This document shows positions 59,416-64,000 of a stretch of DNA of 64,000 nt, in pieces. The DNA is from Malacoraja senta (Eukaryota), in NCBI GenBank assembly GCA_038087875.1, contig CM075997.1, positions 2,296,001 to 2,360,000 on the forward strand, written 5' to 3'. Positions within the stretch are counted from its first letter, which is position 1. Each line of letters opens with the position of its first letter. The notes below the pieces were generated by a model. The model saw only the letters and a program-made list of their open reading frames with translations. It was not told the origin of the DNA and searched no databases. Position numbers and translations under genes: made by a program.

Positions 59416-61780
59416 CAGGTTTCCTTGTCTCCAACCTCCCCACAAATTCCCCCTGCCCCACAGCGCCAGAGACCTGGGTTTGACCCTGACTACGAGTGCT
59501 GTCTGTACGGAGTTTGCATGTTCTCCCTGTGACCACGTGGGTTTTCTCCAGGTGCTCTGGTTTCCCCCCACATTCCAGAGACGTGCAGGTTTGTAGGTTA
59601 ATTGGCTTCTGTAAATTGCCTCTAATGTGTAGGATATGATGGTAGGGTAACACAGAACTTGTGTGGGAGATCGGTGTTTGGCATGGACTTGGTGGGCCGA
59701 AGGGCCTGTTTCCACTCTGTATCTCTAAACCAAACTAAAATTTTCCTGTTATTGTCTTTTTCTCACCTCTCAATCAGGTATAATGGGTTTTAGGTGTATG
59801 TAGACTGACATATAGGTGGCTGCAGCGTGCTGTACTGGCAGAATCGTGGGAAATTGCTACGGCATGGGAGGAGGCCATTCGGCCCATCGTTCATGTGGCA
59901 CAGTGGCCTGCTAGTCGAGCCTCTGTCTCACAGCTCCAGTGATCTGCATTCAATCCCAACCTCTGGGGCTGGTGTATGGAGTTTGCTCGTTCTTCCTGTG
60001 ACTGCGTAGGTTCACCCCCACATCCCAAAGATGTGCAGGTTGAGAATTCGACGTGGTGATGGTAAATTGGATACTGGAGCAATGAAGCTTTACTGTAGAT
60101 AGACACAAAGTGATGGTGTATCTCAGAGGGTCAGGCAGCATCACTGGAGAAAAAAAGGCATTTCTGGTCGGGAGCCTCCTTCAGACTCCTTGAACCAGCA
60201 TGTGCAGTTCCTTGTTTCTACATTCTGGGTTTGACCATTGTTTTGTTCAGGGATTGAGAGTTGACAGACCAGGTAATCGGTTGGAGACACCAGGAACTGA
60301 AGATGCTAGAACCTCGAGCAAAACACAATGACATTTTCTGAATTGAAGATAGATGCAAAATGCTGGAGTAACTCAGCGGGACAGGCAGCATGTCTGGATA
60401 GATGGAATGGGTGACGTTTCGGGTCGAGACACTTCTTTAGTCTGAAGAAGGGTCTCGACCCAAACGTCACCCATTCCTTCTCTCCAGAGATGCTGCCTGT
60501 CCCGGTGAGTTACTCCAGCATTTTGTATCTATCTTCGATTTAAACCAGCATCTGCAGACCTTTCCTCCGTATTTTCTGAATCTTGCTTTGATGCACTGGT
60601 CCTGTACTCGCTGGAGTTCAGAAGGATGAGGGTGGGGGGGGGGGTCTCATTGAAACTTACCTAATATTAAAGGCCTGGATAGAGTGGATTTGGAGATGGG
60701 GTGTTCACTAGTGGGAGTGTCTAGGACCAGAGGGCATAGCCTCAGAATAAATGGACGTACTTTGGAAAGGAGATGAGGAGGAATTTCTTTAGCATCATTT
60801 CTTATCATAATTTCCCACATTATCCTTCATTTGCTGCATCTTTTCAAGTTAACTTTAAGCCACCTTTATCCCTTTGTAGTATTCCTAGGTCCTCTTCACA
60901 AACTTGCTCTGCAAATGGTCTTAGACACAAAAAGATGGCTAACTCAGCGGGTCAGGCAGCATTTGGAGAAAAGGAACAGGTGGCATTTCGGGTCAAGACC
61001 CTTCTTCAGACCACTCTCGATCTGAAACATCGGCTGTTCCTTACTCCAGAGATGTTGTCTGACCCGCTGAGTTACTCCAGCTTTTTGTGTCTAAGACCAT
61101 TTGCAAAGCAAAGCAGAGATGCTGAGTTACTCCAGCTTTTTGTGTCTATTTCAGATACAGTATAAGTGTATATCTGAATTGAATGAATCAGAAGAAGGGT
61201 TTCGACCCGAAACGTCACCTATTCGTTTTCTCCAGAGATGCTGTCTGACCCGCTGAGTCACTCCAGCTTTTTGTTTCCATTTTTGGTTTGAGCCAACAAC
61301 TGCAGTTTCTTCCTACACTTCGCAACTGGTCTTTGCAGCTTAAGCAATATTAGCAACAGGACCGTTCCTGCTTTGTGCTGAGGTCCAGCACTAAACCCAT
61401 TGTATCATGTATCATCATTTGGTATATCTTGCCAACCATCTGGGCATCTGAGGATCAGACCAGTGATGGGGCAATCCGTGGTTTGAGTTGGGAGGTCAGA
61501 CACCGAGACCTCCATGAATACCGCCACCTAGAGTTGGTGCACAAAGCTATTTACATCCCCATAAACCAACCACGCTAAACATGAGCTACTTTCTTGGGGG
61601 GTTTAGTTAAATATGGAAATATGGAAATACATGGCCAGTCTTTCAAATTATGGATACGTTCTTCTTCAGAAGGTGTTAACCATTCTCACTTTTTTAGTTC
61701 AGTTTAGAGATACAGCGTGGAAACAGGCCCTTCGGTCCACCGAGTCCGCGCCGACTGGCGATCCCCATACATTAACACTA

Positions 61781-63037
61781 TAGATATATAGATACATAGA
61801 AAATAGGTGCAGGAGTAGGCCATTCGGCCCTTCGAGCCTGCACTGCATTCAATATGATCATGGCTGATAATCCAACTCAGTATCCCATACTGCCTTCTCT
61901 CCGTACCCCCTGATCCCCTTAGCCACAAGGGCCACATCTAACCCTCTTAAATATAGCCAATGAACTGGCCTCAACTACCCTCTGTGGAGAGAGTTCCAGA
62001 GATTCACCACTCTCTGTGTGAAAAGGTTTTTCCTCATCTCGGTCTTAAAGGATTTCCCCCTTATCCTTAAGCTGTGACCCCTTGTCCTGGACTTCCCCAA
62101 CATCGGGAACAATCTTCCTGCATCTAGCCTGTCCAACCCCATAAGAATTTTGTACGTTTCTATAAGATCCCCTCTCAATCTCCTAAATTCTAGCGAGTGA
62201 TAAGCCAAGTCTATTCAGTCTTTCTTCATATGAAAGTCCTGACATCCCAGGAATCAGTCTGGTGAACCTTCTCTGCACTCCCTCTATGGCTATAATGTCC
62301 TTCCTCAGATTTGGAGACAAAACTGTACGCAATACTCCAGGTGTGGTCTCACCAAGACCCTGTACAACTGCAGTAGAACCTCCCTGCTCCTATACTCAAA
62401 TCCCTATTGCTATGAAAGCCAACATACCATTCGCTTTCTTCACTGCCTGCTGCACCTGCATGCCTACTTTCAATGACTGGTGTACCATGACACCCAGGTC
62501 TCGCTGCATCTCCTCATTTCCTAATCGGCCACCATTTAGATAATAGTCTGCCTTCCCGTTTTTGCCACCAAAGTGGATAACCTCACATTTATCCACATTA
62601 TACTGCATCTGCCAAACATTTGCCCACTCAACCAGCCTATCCAAGTCACCTTGCAGTCTCCTAGCATCCTCCTCACAGCTAACACTGCCCCCCAGCTTAG
62701 TGTCATCCGCAAACTTGGAGATGTTGCTTTCAATTCCCTCATCCAGTTCATTAATATAAATTGTAAATAGCTGGGGTCCCAGCACTGAGCCTTGCGGTAC
62801 CCCACTAGTCACTGCCTGCCATTGTGAAAAGGACCCGTTTACTCCTACTCTTTGCTTCCTGTTTGCCAGCCAGTTCTCTATCCACATCATACTGAACCCC
62901 CAATACCGTGTGATTTAAGTTTGTATCCTAATCTCTTATGTGGGACCTTGTCGAAAGCCTTCTGAAAGTCCAGATACAACACATCCACTGGTTCTCCCCT
63001 ATCCACTCCCCTATCCCTATCCACTCTAGTAGAGTTA
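61781..63037 (-). mobile_element. Young 5'-truncated CR1 inserted in an HE1 SINE
   Basis: Almost identical by eye to 15305-16545; RT motifs in ORF 62396-62890; CACTAT duplicated on both sides; SINE halves at 61700-61780 and 63038-63256. Confidence 0.9.
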
Positions 63038-64000
63038 CCACTATCCTACACACATGAGGGACAATTTTACATTTTACCAAACCAATTAACCTGCAAACCT
63101 GGATGTCTTTGGGAGTGTGGGAGAAAGCCGAAGGTCTCGGAGAAAAACCCACGCAGGTCACGGGGAGAACGTACAAACCCCCTACAGACAGGACAGGATC
63201 GAACGCGGGTCTCTGGCGCTGCGAGGCAGCAACTCTACCGCTGCGCCGCCGTGCGGCCCTTCTCAGGCTTGGTGGAACTGCGGTTCCTTTCTAGGATTTA
63301 CGGTTCGCATTATCTATTTGAAGCATTTGAACAAACAGTTTTATCAAACTGTGAGTCATCACTCCCCAATTTCTTGTTTTTTTTTATTACAGTATTTCGA
63401 GGTGAAAATTAATGCGGAAAAACATTACACAAGAGGGTGAAACCGAATCGTGGCTGGTCTTGTGCGTGGTTGAGAAAACAGGCAGAGCAGGGAATGGATC
63501 AAGTCAAGTCAAGAGAGTTTTATTGTCATGTGTCCCAGATAGGACAATGAAATTCTTGCTTGGATGGATATCAGATCAGGCATTCTGCAGGAGGGTCGAA
63601 CAGCATCTATGGGGGAGTCGTCGAGTGATACAGTGTGGAAATAGGCCCTTCGGCCCAACTTGCCATGCCATCTTGCCCATTGCCCTCTAAGCCTTAAAAT
63701 TCTTCCTCAGATCCCTCTTAACCCTTTACATGGATTGGGTGATGATTTGGGATGAGGCCTTCTTCTCTAGAGAGGCTGCACTTTGTGTATCAACCAGCAT
63801 CTGGAGTTCTTTAATTCAATGTTCATGAGATGGAGGAGCAGAGATAGGCCATTCGGCCCATCGAGTCTACACTGCCATTCAATCGTGGCTGATCTATCTT
63901 TCCCTCTCAACCCCATTCTCCTGCTCTCTCCCCATAACCTTTGACACCCGTACTAATCGAGAACCTATTGATCTCCAGTTTAAAAGTACACAAGACTTGG

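Noticed and set aside
3025..61320. Many recurrent short ORFs (LKKGLDPKRHPFLLSRDAACPAELLQ; MLEKLSGCSSIYGAKEIGNVSGRNP) as a peptide family
   Set aside because: They are chance translations of the ribozyme repeat; frames and start codons are not conserved between copies
61781..63256. Frameshifts in the young CR1 copy as biological decay or recoding
   Set aside because: Scattered single-base indels with few substitutions relative to the 15.3-kb copy look like assembly consensus error; the same caution applies to 49380-49900 and possibly the two frameshifts in 15305-18370

Overview
Repeat-dominated vertebrate genomic DNA. The repeat set (HE1/V-type tRNA SINEs, CR1/HER1 LINEs, L2, Rex1/Babar, Penelope-like elements) points to a cartilaginous fish, probably a skate or ray; this is an inference. 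The only well-supported host gene piece is the first coding exon of a minus-strand TRIM-type C3HC4 RING gene (1434-1619). Weaker signals suggest an unrecognised plus-strand spliced gene at about 26.6-36.9 kb and a CpG-rich promoter-like region at about 48.7-49.4 kb. The most striking element is a ~130-nt non-autonomous Penelope-derived repeat, roughly 40 copies by eye. Its 5' end is a minimal type-I hammerhead ribozyme (CTGAAGA-A-GGGT-YTCG-RCCC-GAAA-CG-TH). It occurs as single arms, tandem copies and fold-back palindromes with 10-17 bp target-site duplications (TSDs), and is tied in this window to a GIY-YIG endonuclease 3' end. Also present: a non-autonomous Helitron, hAT and Harbinger-like MITEs, a solo LTR, a Vingi fragment, an AFC-like CORE SINE, and a GC-rich YY1-motif module found next to three different LINE types. 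Repeat boundaries were read by eye and are approximate unless a TSD or TIR is quoted; not every small fragment is listed.
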